Shown: piece after piece, positions 10,395 through 19,900 of the stretch | Numbering within the stretch: the first letter of the stretch is position 1 | Layout: every line of letters begins with the position of its first letter | From: Nitrosopumilus sp. | Lineage (GTDB): Archaea; Thermoproteota; Nitrososphaeria; Nitrososphaerales; Nitrosopumilaceae | Direction: 5' to 3' | DNA length: 64,000 nucleotides | Assembly: GCA_965223425.1 (NCBI GenBank) | Contig: OZ245003.1 | Coordinates: 1,984,001 to 2,048,000, forward strand | Notes under the pieces: model-generated | The model's input: the letters and a program-made list of their open reading frames with translations, nothing else | Told to the model about the DNA's origin: nothing | The model's database searches: none | Translations under genes and position numbers: made by a program

Positions 10395-10649
10395 TCATTC
10401 TTGAGAATAGTCACAATTTGGGCATTTCTTATTCTGGATTTTAGAGCCGCATTCCATGCAGATTCCTTCTCCAACATCACGTTTAATCAGCTGCTTTCGC
10501 TTTCCCACATACACTTTGATTCCAAAATACATGAGAGTCACAATAAGAATTGCATAAATGGGCTCCATAAATGGAATCAATCCAATCATAAAAAGTAAAA
10601 GGCCTGCAAGTAAGATTATGTCCCGTCTTTCAAATTTCAATAAAATCAA
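10395..10649 (-). CDS. Small membrane protein with C-terminal Zn ribbon
   Basis: Two TM segments followed by CMECG...CPNC. Confidence 0.7.
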   Translation of the reverse strand: MILLKFERRDIILLAGLLLFMIGLIPFMEPIYAILIVTLMYFGIKVYVGKRKQLIKRDVGEGICMECGSKIQNKKCPNCDYSQE

Positions 10650-10673
10650 AGCAACACAGAATTAATAAAAACA

Positions 10674-10743
10674 TGCCGGAGCTCAGAGCCAATTAGTTTA
10701 CTTCATTCAAGTCATTACTCTAACTCTTCTTCATCGCTCGGCA
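10674..10743 (-). ncRNA. Probable box C/D guide sRNA
   Basis: Minus strand TGCCGAGC-G-ATGAAGA(C)-AGAGTTAGAGTA-ATGA(D')-CTTGA-ATGAAGT(C')-AAACTAATTGGCT-CTGA(D)-GCTCCGGCA: terminal stem, box spacing and two 12-13-nt guides. Confidence 0.7.
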
Positions 10744-10783
10744 GTAATATTATGCAGTAATTTGATAATAAGATAATGATTAG

Positions 10784-10860
10784 TGGTGGGATCGGCGAGA
10801 TTCGAACGCGCGACCTCTGCGTCCCAAACGCAGAATCATACCAAGCTAGACTACGATCCC
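10784..10860 (-). tRNA. tRNA-Pro (TGG), CCA encoded
   Basis: Minus strand GGGATCG...CTGCG-TT-TGG-GA-CGCAG...GTTCGAAT...CGATCCC-A-CCA cloverleaf. Confidence 0.96.
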
Positions 10861-10932
10861 AGTAAATCCTAAAAGTTGCCCAATTTAAGCTTCACAGATA
10901 ATCATTTTAAAGGCACTCAAAGGATCACAAAT

Positions 10933-11829
10933 GTGCAAACCGAAGATTACGTCAAGGCAGGAAAAATCGCCGCTGAAGTAAGAGAGGTGGTCAGAGTAAA
11001 AGATTGGACTGGCAAAACAGTTTATGAAATTTGTGAAGAAGTTGAGGGGGAAATCAGAAAGCGAGGAGCAAAATGTGCTTTTCCAGTAAACACCAGTATT
11101 AATGAAATTGCAGCTCACTACACTGCAGAACCAAATGACCCAATCACAATCAAAGACACTGATTTAGTAAAAATTGATCTTGGTGCACAGATTAATGGTC
11201 ACATCGCAGATACTGCAGTAACTGTTTGCTATGATGCACAGTTTGAGGGATTGGTTCAAGCAGCTGAAGAAGCACTGGCAAATGCAATGTCAATGATAAA
11301 GTCAGGAGTAAAAGCAAGTGATGTTGGACGAACTATTGAGACCACAATAAAACAAATGGGGTTCATACCGATTGCAAATCTGAGTGGGCATTCATTGGAA
11401 CAATATACAATACACGCCGGAAAATCTATTCCAAATATTTGGTCAATTGGAGGTTTTTTACTTTCAGAAAATTCAGCATATGCATGTGAACCGTTTGTAA
11501 CAACAGAACAGGGCGGAGGATTCGTCAGAAACGGACAAATAAAAAATATTTTTGCCATTAATTCACGAAAGAAAACAAAAAACACCGAAGCTGATAGGTT
11601 ACTTGATTTTATTTGGGAAAATTTTAACATGTTACCATTTGCATTAAGATGGATAACAAAAGAATGGGAAGAAAAGAAAGCAAGAGAATTGATGGAAATT
11701 TTGATAAGGAAGAAAGCAGTGCAGGCATATCCTGTTCTAGTCGAAGTTAATGAACAAAGAGTTGCACAAGCTGAGCATACGTTCATTCCAAATGAAAATG
11801 GAGTGACAGTAACTACTATTGCTCCATAG
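10933..11829 (+). CDS. map: Methionine aminopeptidase type II
   Basis: AFPVN...AAHYT, KIDLGAQING.IADTA, NLSGH and AQAEHT motifs; start set at GTG 10933. Confidence 0.95.
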   Translation: MQTEDYVKAGKIAAEVREVVRVKDWTGKTVYEICEEVEGEIRKRGAKCAFPVNTSINEIAAHYTAEPNDPITIKDTDLVKIDLGAQINGHIADTAVTVCYDAQFEGLVQAAEEALANAMSMIKSGVKASDVGRTIETTIKQMGFIPIANLSGHSLEQYTIHAGKSIPNIWSIGGFLLSENSAYACEPFVTTEQGGGFVRNGQIKNIFAINSRKKTKNTEADRLLDFIWENFNMLPFALRWITKEWEEKKARELMEILIRKKAVQAYPVLVEVNEQRVAQAEHTFIPNENGVTVTTIAP

Positions 11830-11995
11830 TTTCACCAAATATCTTTTCTATACTTGTCATACCATCACATGATGTACATTGTGAGGATTCGGCAAACAAA
11901 GTATCACCATCAGTGAATTTTCTTTTTCTTAGCATTTCACATTTTTGACATTTCTCAACAGTGTATGCCATAGTAATTTTTTTCTTATCAAACAC
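11816..11995 (-). CDS. Small Zn-ribbon protein coupled to DUF1512
   Basis: Manual translation MFDKKKITMAYTVEKCQKCEMLRKRKFTDGDTLFAESSQCTSCDGMTSIEKIFGETMEQ; start overlaps the DUF1512 stop. Confidence 0.7.
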   Translation of the reverse strand: MFDKKKITMAYTVEKCQKCEMLRKRKFTDGDTLFAESSQCTSCDGMTSIEKIFGETMEQ

Positions 11996-13128
11996 TATTG
12001 GGGCACCCCAGCAGTGTTGCCAACACCAATTATCAGTACAGATTGACCTTCTTTGGTGTTGTCTTGAATCATTTCATAAACTTGAGAGCGTACATCCTCA
12101 GCTTGATCAGCAATTTCTTTTGTCATCAAAGTTACTGCCTCTTTGACTGACTGCTTGATCACTATTGAAAAGACAGGAATTTTGTTGTTTGTTGCAACTG
12201 CCTCAATTTGGAACCTGTCAGTTCCAATTCCACCAATGGCTGCACCAAAACCTTGTGCAACAGATGCAGAGTCTTCGCCTTCCATTTTTAATGCAGCATC
12301 AATCATAATTATTGCATCAAGCTTGTTATCAGAAACGATTGCCTCTAGCGCATCAGCAGGTCTGCCTACAGTGGAGCCAGGTCCTTCTGCTTTTAAAAGA
12401 AATAATTTTCTGTCCTCAAATTCAGTTTTTGCAAGAACAGTTTGAAACGCTACAGTCTCTTTTTCACTATTTAACATCATTTTTCCTACAATCATTGGGC
12501 CAATTCCATCACCGACAGGTTGTCCTGCTTTAAATGCGGAAATTGCGTCTTTCATCGCTTCTGCTTGCTCCAGTATAAAAGGAAGAAGCATCTGAAGCGG
12601 TAAAATCAGCGGATAATTGTTTTGTTTTTTAGCAGTCAAGTACATGTGGTTGACGATTTTGTAAATGATTTGCAATGAAGAGGCAATTTCAAGTAAAGTT
12701 TGGGCTTTGGCCAATTCCAAATCATTAATTCCTGGAAAAAGTGATTTTACGTGTTCTCTAGTATAGTCTTCTCGAGATCTAACTGTATGTTTTACTTTCT
12801 CAACTATCCCATTAGGATCCATATCAACTGGCATGATCGTAAAGTAATCCAAAAACCTGTCAATTTTTTTTGTTGAGCCGTCCTTAGGATTCAGATTTTT
12901 TTTAGCATAGTCAATCAATTCATTTTTTGATTCCTCTTTAAAACTATCTAATTTTTTAATTGCTTTTTTAATTTCACCAGAAGTAACATACAGTTGAATT
13001 CTTTGTCCATAAAAAATAAAGAGAATTATTGGAAGAATCCAGATCAACATCATTAGAGGATTAGTATCATCGCCCATTCCAAACAACTGCTCAAAATCAA
13101 AATTTGTAAAATCCACTAGACTCAGCAC
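11995..13128 (-). CDS. DUF1512 family protein
   Basis: PVGDGIGP, KAEGPGSTVG, IDAALKMEGE and IGVGNT motifs. Confidence 0.85.
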   Translation of the reverse strand: MLSLVDFTNFDFEQLFGMGDDTNPLMMLIWILPIILFIFYGQRIQLYVTSGEIKKAIKKLDSFKEESKNELIDYAKKNLNPKDGSTKKIDRFLDYFTIMPVDMDPNGIVEKVKHTVRSREDYTREHVKSLFPGINDLELAKAQTLLEIASSLQIIYKIVNHMYLTAKKQNNYPLILPLQMLLPFILEQAEAMKDAISAFKAGQPVGDGIGPMIVGKMMLNSEKETVAFQTVLAKTEFEDRKLFLLKAEGPGSTVGRPADALEAIVSDNKLDAIIMIDAALKMEGEDSASVAQGFGAAIGGIGTDRFQIEAVATNNKIPVFSIVIKQSVKEAVTLMTKEIADQAEDVRSQVYEMIQDNTKEGQSVLIIGVGNTAGVPQ

Positions 13129-13263
13129 TTCTCAGATCTAAATTAAATCATTCGTCCTACCCACAACGACCAAAAATATACAAAAAAGTGCAGAAAAATC
13201 TAGACTGGAGGCCAGAATGGTGGCGAGTGCTTTTATTATAGTTAAAATACAAAAAAATCTGAA

Positions 13264-13824
13264 ATGCCACAAACAAAACCCATCGTAAGCGTGGAGAACG
13301 TTGTAGCATCAGCTTCTGTAGACCAGAAGATGGACTTGAATGAAATTACTAAAACATTTCCAGATGTAGAATATCATCCTGATCAATTTCCAGGGCTGGT
13401 TTTCAGATTAAAGAGTCCGAAAACTGCAACGTTGATTTTCACTTCAGGTAAAATGGTATGTACCGGTTCTAAATCAGAAGAGATGGCAAGAAAAGCAGTA
13501 AAAACTGTTGTGCAAAAACTTCGCAAAGGCGGAATTAAAGTCAAAAAGGACGCAGTTGTTGAAATTCAAAATATTGTAGCTTCAATCAATTTAGGCGGAA
13601 AAATTCATTTAGAACAAGCAGCAAGAACATTACCACGAAGCATGTATGAACCAGAACAATTTCCAGGACTTATTCATAGAATGCTAGATCCAAAAACAGT
13701 CATTTTGTTATTTTCCTCAGGAAAACTTGTCTGTACGGGTGCTAAAAAAGAACCAGACGTTTACAGATCCGTAAACAACTTGCATTCATTGCTAGAAGAA
13801 AAAGACCTAATGATTTATGATTAA
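13264..13824 (+). CDS. tbp: TATA-box-binding protein
   Basis: Two NVVAS/NIVAS...YxPxQFPGL...LIFxSGKxVCTG repeats. Confidence 0.98.
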   Translation: MPQTKPIVSVENVVASASVDQKMDLNEITKTFPDVEYHPDQFPGLVFRLKSPKTATLIFTSGKMVCTGSKSEEMARKAVKTVVQKLRKGGIKVKKDAVVEIQNIVASINLGGKIHLEQAARTLPRSMYEPEQFPGLIHRMLDPKTVILLFSSGKLVCTGAKKEPDVYRSVNNLHSLLEEKDLMIYD

Positions 13825-13874
13825 TCATAAATCAAATCCATTTTCACTAATTTTTGGTCACAAGGCCAATCAGG

Positions 13875-14204
13875 CTACTTAATAGGACTTCCCAAAGGAA
13901 TGTCTTCATTCACTGTAAGCCAAAACGGTTTGTCATCGACATCTGCTGCCAGCAGCATTGCGTTTGATTCAACTCCTGCCATTTTTTTTGGTTCTAAATT
14001 TGCTATAACAATAACAGTTTTTCCTACAATGTCTCCGGGTTGATAGTATTGTGCACCGCCAATTATCACGTCTCGTTGATCATCATTTCCCAAATCAATT
14101 CGTCCCTTGATAATTCTCGACTTGCCTTCAATAGGTTCGGCTGCAATGACTTTTGCGACTCGAAGATCTAGTTTTGCAAAATCATCATATGAAACATCTG
14201 ACAT
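13875..14204 (-). CDS. OB-fold tRNA-binding protein (CsaA/Trbp111/MetRS C-terminal-like)
   Basis: DDFAKLDLRVAKV and ANLEPKKMAGVESNAMLL. Confidence 0.9.
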   Translation of the reverse strand: MSDVSYDDFAKLDLRVAKVIAAEPIEGKSRIIKGRIDLGNDDQRDVIIGGAQYYQPGDIVGKTVIVIANLEPKKMAGVESNAMLLAADVDDKPFWLTVNEDIPLGSPIK

Positions 14205-14243
14205 AACAAACCCTAATCGTTCCTGTTAAAATGAATTTCGAAT

Positions 14244-14459
14244 TTATTGTAATTCTTTTTTATCAATTCCGCTAGTTTCAATCTCATATCTCAGAGCAGC
14301 AGGAAGTTCCATGTACTTTTTGTTGACTAGTAAGATAATTTGATCCTCTGGAACGCTGACTTTTTTCAACAACTTTCCACGTTGGTGGGCATATGCGTTT
14401 TTCCAAAACTTTGCGCCATCAAGGGTTTCAATTTTTGGCATGTATTTTGAGGGTTTCAT
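14244..14459 (-). CDS. Hypothetical protein
   Basis: Clean 71-aa ORF in the backbone, preceded by a structured leader. Confidence 0.65.
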   Translation of the reverse strand: MKPSKYMPKIETLDGAKFWKNAYAHQRGKLLKKVSVPEDQIILLVNKKYMELPAALRYEIETSGIDKKELQ

Positions 14460-14477
14460 TTTCTTTCAAGTTTAATT

Positions 14478-14556
14478 GACTGTGATGGAAGAATGGCAAA
14501 TGCCATTGGAACTGGAGTTAATGTTCCGGATTTTAGGCATGTTGCCCACCACAGTC
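14478..14556 (-). promoter_or_regulatory. Extended hairpin, candidate 5' leader or ncRNA
   Basis: Nested stems GACTGTGGTGG/CCATCACAGTC, GCAACATGCC/GGCATTTGC and GGAAC/GTTCC. A G-U pair forms only on the minus strand. TATA-like TTAAATAT lies about 27 nt upstream. Confidence 0.55.
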
Positions 14557-14613
14557 TATTTGAAATGGAATGAGAATCTAATATATTTAACGCGGATCAA
14601 AAGTTTGTAGGGC

Positions 14614-15030
14614 ATGGCCAGAATTGAGGTGGAAGTAGAAATCAATGCTTCAATTGACAAAGTATGGGATGTTGTTTCAGATATTGATGATGAGCCAAAG
14701 TTTTGGAAAGGAACAAAAAAAGTCAATAACTTGTCAAGGGATGGAAACACGATAAACAGAGAAATCACAATAGCGTTTAGAGATCAAAAATGCTTGCAGG
14801 AGGTAAAACTTCAACCTAAAGAAAAGATAGAAGCAAAATTCACAAAGGGCATCATAGATGGAGAGAAAATAATATCTCTTATCCCTAAAGATGAAAAAAC
14901 AATACTACAAACAATTTGGGATATAAAACTGACAGGAATGATGGGGGTGTTTACTGGGATGATAAAAAAACACATCAAAAGTGGTACAGAGCAAGCAATG
15001 CAAAGCATCAAAGACGAAATCGAGGGATAA
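14614..15030 (+). CDS. SRPBCC / polyketide cyclase-dehydrase family protein
   Basis: IEVEVEINASIDKVWDVVSD..PKFW. Confidence 0.85.
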   Translation: MARIEVEVEINASIDKVWDVVSDIDDEPKFWKGTKKVNNLSRDGNTINREITIAFRDQKCLQEVKLQPKEKIEAKFTKGIIDGEKIISLIPKDEKTILQTIWDIKLTGMMGVFTGMIKKHIKSGTEQAMQSIKDEIEG

Positions 15031-15034
15031 TTCA

Positions 15035-16246
15035 ATGGAGTTAATTATTGATATATTCAATTACTCACTGACAGCAATTCTAATTGGAATATGTGGAGCA
15101 TGGGTATTTCTCATCAAATCAATGGCAAACTCATTTAGATTGACGCCACACCTTGACAAGTTTGAAAATACGTCAAAAACATCTCCAATGGTCTCTGTAA
15201 TTCTTCCGGCAAGGAATGAAGAAGAGTTTGTCGGCAAATGTCTAGATTCGTTGATTGAGCAAGATTATGAAAATTATGAAATTATAGTTATTGATGATTC
15301 GTCAGACGATGCAACAGGAAAAATTATTTCAGAATATGCAAAAAAATCTTCTAAAATTGTCCCTGTTTTGGCAAAACCCAAACCAGAAGGATGGATTGGT
15401 AAAAACTGGGCATGTATGGAAGGGTACAGAAAGGCAAAAGGGGATCTTTTGTTATTTACTGATGCAGATACAAACTATTCTAAAAACGTAATATCACTTG
15501 CAGTTGCTCACTTGATTTCATGTAACTTGGATGCACTATCTGTAATTCCAAGAATGCTGACATTTGATTTTTGGACAAGGATTACGCTTCCAATGATTTC
15601 CACGTTTTTGCATACTAGATTTTCAGCGTTAAACGTCAACAATCCTGCAAAAAAAACAGGTTATTTCTTTGGAAGTTTTTTTATCCTGAAAAAGGAGACA
15701 TATCAAGATGTGGGAATGCACGAGGGGGTAAAACAAGAAATTATCGAAGATGGCGCACTCGGTAAAAAAGTGAAAGAGGCAGGATACAAAGTAAAGATGG
15801 TAAGAGGAGAGCATTTGATTGAGGCAGTTTGGGCCAGAGACAGGACTACACTATGGAATGCGTTAAAGAGGCTGATGGTTCCATTGTATCTTCAAAGTGG
15901 AAAAATTGCCATCGGAATTTTCTTTGCAGTGGCATTTTTGCTATTTGTCCCGTTTCCAATATTTGCCGCATCAGTGTCATTGCCAATAGAGGCCACGTCT
16001 GCAAAAACACTTTGCATTACGGCAGGTATTGCCTCAATTCTGATTTACACAGGTGCGATAATTGAGGTGAAAATTGGGCTTGGATTAAAAATTGTCCATG
16101 CGGCATTTGCACCATTAGGAAGTTTAGTAGTAGTTTTGGGATTTCTAAATGGATTACTTCAGGCAAAAAGTACGTCTTCAGTTACATGGAGAGGTAGAGT
16201 GTATTCAATGAAAGACCACCACACTCAAAATTCAATTCGAGTATAG
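15035..16246 (+). CDS. Glycosyltransferase family 2, membrane-bound
   Basis: VSVILPARNEE, IDDSSDDAT, GWIGKNWAC, LFTDAD and IIED motifs; C-terminal TMs. Confidence 0.9.
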   Translation: MELIIDIFNYSLTAILIGICGAWVFLIKSMANSFRLTPHLDKFENTSKTSPMVSVILPARNEEEFVGKCLDSLIEQDYENYEIIVIDDSSDDATGKIISEYAKKSSKIVPVLAKPKPEGWIGKNWACMEGYRKAKGDLLLFTDADTNYSKNVISLAVAHLISCNLDALSVIPRMLTFDFWTRITLPMISTFLHTRFSALNVNNPAKKTGYFFGSFFILKKETYQDVGMHEGVKQEIIEDGALGKKVKEAGYKVKMVRGEHLIEAVWARDRTTLWNALKRLMVPLYLQSGKIAIGIFFAVAFLLFVPFPIFAASVSLPIEATSAKTLCITAGIASILIYTGAIIEVKIGLGLKIVHAAFAPLGSLVVVLGFLNGLLQAKSTSSVTWRGRVYSMKDHHTQNSIRV

Positions 16247-16284
16247 TAAGCCTTTTACATAGAAAATTAGAAACAAAAAATCTC

Positions 16285-17427
16285 ATGGACAGATCAGGAG
16301 TGTTTGTAGGTGGTGCCATAGGAGCTGCAATGGCGGCAGTCATATTTACGGTGTTATTTGTGTCACCGCCAGAATTTATGAAACCAGAAATTGTTGCAAG
16401 TAACGGACATTCAGTAAGTACAGTTGGAGAGACAACGCCTGTTTATTCAACAAATTTATCATTAATTGAAATTTTTGAGAAAACAGAACCAGGAGTTGTA
16501 AGAGTAAATGTACAAAGAAATGAGAGTCCAGATGGAACAAACGGGGTAGGCTCTGGTTTTGTTTTTGACAAAAAAGGGCACATTGCTACAAACGCTCATG
16601 TCGTTGACGATGCTAAAAAAATTGTAGTGACGTTTCTTGACGGAAGATCATACAATGCAGACGTTGTTGGGATAGATGACTATACAGATCTTGCAATAAT
16701 CAAAGTCAACGTTGATTCAACACCGTTAAACCCAATACTAATTGGGGATTCAGCTAATCTCAAAGTCGGGGAAAACATAGCTGCAATTGGCAACCCGTTT
16801 GGATTATCAGGCTCTATGACTTCAGGAATAGTAAGCCAGCTAGGAAGGTTGCTTCCATCAGGCTTGGGGTATTCGATACCAGATGTAATTCAGACTGATG
16901 CGGCTATCAATCCGGGTAACTCTGGAGGGCCACTGCTGAACATGAGGGGGGAGGTTGTTGGCATAAATACAGCAATTCAATCAGCAACAGGCGAGTTCAC
17001 GGGAGTCGGTTTTGCAATACCATCACAAACAGTTGCAAAAATCATACCAACGCTAATTGAAAAAGGGGAATACAAACATCCATGGATTGGAATATCGGGT
17101 CTTGACATTAATCCAGATCTGGCAAAAGCATTAAAGTTAAAAGAAGCAGTGGGATTTCTGGTCATAACAGTTGTAGAAGACAGTCCAGCCTCCAAGGCAG
17201 GGCTGATTGGCTCTGAAAAAACCATCCAAGTTGAGGGAGTCAAGTATCAGATAGGAGGGGACATCATTTTAGCAGTAGACGGAATTGAGGTAAGAAAAAT
17301 TGACGATATTTTGATACATCTTCAGAGGGCAAAATCTGTCGGAGATGAAATGGTTTTGGAGGTTCTCAGGGATGGAAGAACAACAAACGTTACAATCATT
17401 CTCCAAGAGAGGCCAAACGGAAACTAG
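16285..17427 (+). CDS. HtrA/DegP-family serine protease with PDZ domain
   Basis: GSGFV, TNAHVV, DLA, IQTDAAINPGNSGGPL; C-terminal PDZ. Confidence 0.95.
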   Translation: MDRSGVFVGGAIGAAMAAVIFTVLFVSPPEFMKPEIVASNGHSVSTVGETTPVYSTNLSLIEIFEKTEPGVVRVNVQRNESPDGTNGVGSGFVFDKKGHIATNAHVVDDAKKIVVTFLDGRSYNADVVGIDDYTDLAIIKVNVDSTPLNPILIGDSANLKVGENIAAIGNPFGLSGSMTSGIVSQLGRLLPSGLGYSIPDVIQTDAAINPGNSGGPLLNMRGEVVGINTAIQSATGEFTGVGFAIPSQTVAKIIPTLIEKGEYKHPWIGISGLDINPDLAKALKLKEAVGFLVITVVEDSPASKAGLIGSEKTIQVEGVKYQIGGDIILAVDGIEVRKIDDILIHLQRAKSVGDEMVLEVLRDGRTTNVTIILQERPNGN

Positions 17428-17468
17428 CACAATACAAGCATAAATACTTCAAGTCAAAAACCTTTCTG

Positions 17469-18638
17469 TTGAACACGCTTGTGTTAGATTCTGAAGGTTT
17501 AAACAATGTTTTAGAAAACAGAACAATTGCCCGTCAAGACATTATTGAGATTTATCAGAATTCAATGAAAGACCCTAGTGAATTATTTTTAGCGGCACAG
17601 AATTTGAGAAGCAAGTTCAAAGGAAACTCAGTCACGTTTTCTAAAAAGGCGTTTTTTAACATAATCAATTTGTGCAAGGACACCTGTTCGTACTGCACAT
17701 ACAAAGCAGAGCCAAAAGAAGAGAAATTATCATTGATGTCAAAACAACAAATTACAGAACTATTACAACTAGCAAAAAAATACAATTGTGTTGAAGCACT
17801 TTTTGTGACAGGAGAAAAACCAGAAGAGCGATATCAAGAAGCACGCGACTGGCTTGAGGAAAATGGATTCAAGTCAACTTCTGAATATCTGATTCGTGCA
17901 TCAGAACTGGCCTTAGAATTAGGATTATTCCCACATACTAATGCTGGAAATCTGAATTTTGAAGAGATGAAAGAATTGAAGAAGACAAACGTTTCCATGG
18001 GAGTTATGCTTGAAAATGTCAGTGAAAGATTAACAGAAAAAGGAATGCCGCATTATTTGGCTGCAAGTAAAAAACCAGAAACAAGGCTAGAGGTTTTAGA
18101 GAATTCTGGAAAATTACGAATTCCCATGACAACAGGAATTCTTGTAGGAATTGGAGAGACGGTTGAGGAGATAATTGACTCGATTCTAGCGATAAAACAG
18201 CTGCACCAAAAATACGGTAACATTCAAGAAGTAATCCTGCAAAATTTTCAACCCAAACCAGACACAGGCATGAGAAACAAGCCATCAGCTGATGAGACCT
18301 ATTTCAAAACAGTGGTTGCATTGTCAAGAATCATAATGCCAGAAATGAACATACAGATTCCTCCAAATTTATCTCTAAAATCATATCAAAGTTTCTTATC
18401 AGTTGGAATCAATGATTGGGGGGGCATATCGCCACTAACTCCAGATTTTGTCAACCCTGAATTTTCGTGGCCAGAAATTAACAAGATAGATGAAAACTCA
18501 AAGAAGGCAGGATTTGAATTAAAATGTAGATTTCCAGTATATCCAGAATTCTATTCTTTTGTTAACAAAGAGTTAAGAGAAAAGATATCAGTTATTGAAA
18601 ACGAGGAAGGGTTGGTAAAAGAGGAATACTGGAGATGA
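17469..18638 (+). CDS. cofG: FO synthase subunit CofG (F420 biosynthesis)
   Basis: Radical SAM CKDTCSYC; PHTNAG, TTGILVGIGE, QIPPNL and DWGGISP motifs; adjacent to cofH. Confidence 0.93.
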   Translation: MNTLVLDSEGLNNVLENRTIARQDIIEIYQNSMKDPSELFLAAQNLRSKFKGNSVTFSKKAFFNIINLCKDTCSYCTYKAEPKEEKLSLMSKQQITELLQLAKKYNCVEALFVTGEKPEERYQEARDWLEENGFKSTSEYLIRASELALELGLFPHTNAGNLNFEEMKELKKTNVSMGVMLENVSERLTEKGMPHYLAASKKPETRLEVLENSGKLRIPMTTGILVGIGETVEEIIDSILAIKQLHQKYGNIQEVILQNFQPKPDTGMRNKPSADETYFKTVVALSRIIMPEMNIQIPPNLSLKSYQSFLSVGINDWGGISPLTPDFVNPEFSWPEINKIDENSKKAGFELKCRFPVYPEFYSFVNKELREKISVIENEEGLVKEEYWR

Positions 18639-19900
18639 CAATAAACATAGACTCGCTTTTTAAAAATGCAGACCCCATAGTGTCTGAAATCCTAAACAAC
18701 GCATTATCAGATAAGGAAATTTCCATAAAAGACGGATTAGAACTATACCAAGCAACTGGGATTGACTTTCACCTGGTGGGACTGGTTGCAGATGAGATCA
18801 GAAGAAGAAGAGTGGGAGATATTGTATCATATGTAGTGAATCGAAATATCAACTTTACAAATGTCTGTATCAAGCAATGTGGTTTTTGTGCATTTAGCAG
18901 AGATTTTAGAGAAGAAGAAGAAGAAGGATATTTCTTGCCTACCGAAGAGATTGTGCAAAGGGCAAAAGAGGCACATCAGCTAGGAGCAACTGAGGTCTGC
19001 ATTCAGGCAGGACTTCCACCAGATATGAAAGGGGATTTGTACGAAAACATATGCAGAGAGATCAAAAAAGAGGTTCCTGACATCCACATTCATGGATTCT
19101 CACCTGAAGAAATTCTATACGGTGCAGCAAGATCAAATGTGTCAATTGAAGAATTTCTAAAAAAGATGAAGGAAGCAGGAGTAGATACACTCCCAGGAAC
19201 GTCCGCTGAAATTCTTGATCAAAAACTCAGAGACAAAATTTCTCCAGGAAGAATCAGCGTAGAGGACTGGGAGAAAGTTATCAAAACTGCACACAAAATG
19301 GGAATTAATACCACATCAACTATGATGTTTGGACATTTAGAAACACTAGAAGACAGAGTAAAACACATTGCAAAATTAAGAGAGATTCAAAAAGAGACCG
19401 GGGGATTTACAGAATTTGTCCCACTAAACTTTATTCCATCTGAGGCACCAATGTACAAGCACCAACTACATGAAGGGATCAGAGAAGGCGCAAACGGAAA
19501 TGATGTTTTACTAACTCATGCAGTTGCAAGAATAATGCTGAATAGTTCTATTGACAATCTTCAGATGTCATGGGTAAAGGAAGGACAAAGGATGTCTCAA
19601 CTGTTATTGATGTGGGGGGCAAATGACTTTGGAGGGACGCTGATCAATGAAAGCATATCAACATCAGCAGGTTCGGAACATGGTCAACTGCTAAGACCAA
19701 AAGAGATAAGGAGGATGGTAAAAGAGATTGGAAGAATTCCTGCAGAGAGGAATACAGAATACAGCATTCTAAAAAAGTTTGACGGAATAAATGATGTTGA
19801 AGACAAACTTGACAAGGTTACAGATACGTCACAATTTGGTTCTTATGTAGAACTAATTAAAATTAACAAGTTTAATTATAAAAATCCAAGGGGAAAATAG
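18635..19900 (+). CDS. cofH: FO synthase subunit CofH
   Basis: NRNINFTNVCIKQCGFCAF, PGTSAEIL, SWVK and GANDFGGTLINESI. Confidence 0.93.
   Translation: MTINIDSLFKNADPIVSEILNNALSDKEISIKDGLELYQATGIDFHLVGLVADEIRRRRVGDIVSYVVNRNINFTNVCIKQCGFCAFSRDFREEEEEGYFLPTEEIVQRAKEAHQLGATEVCIQAGLPPDMKGDLYENICREIKKEVPDIHIHGFSPEEILYGAARSNVSIEEFLKKMKEAGVDTLPGTSAEILDQKLRDKISPGRISVEDWEKVIKTAHKMGINTTSTMMFGHLETLEDRVKHIAKLREIQKETGGFTEFVPLNFIPSEAPMYKHQLHEGIREGANGNDVLLTHAVARIMLNSSIDNLQMSWVKEGQRMSQLLLMWGANDFGGTLINESISTSAGSEHGQLLRPKEIRRMVKEIGRIPAERNTEYSILKKFDGINDVEDKLDKVTDTSQFGSYVELIKINKFNYKNPRGK

Noticed and set aside
18905-18930. Short in-frame expansions (EEEEE in CofH, KMMD in UbiD)
   Set aside because: Simple triplet slippage or consensus noise; no functional inference possible.
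17469-19900. Radical SAM genes as a novel biosynthetic cluster
   Set aside because: They match CofG/CofH (and MqnC, Elp3 elsewhere), which are ordinary for this lineage.
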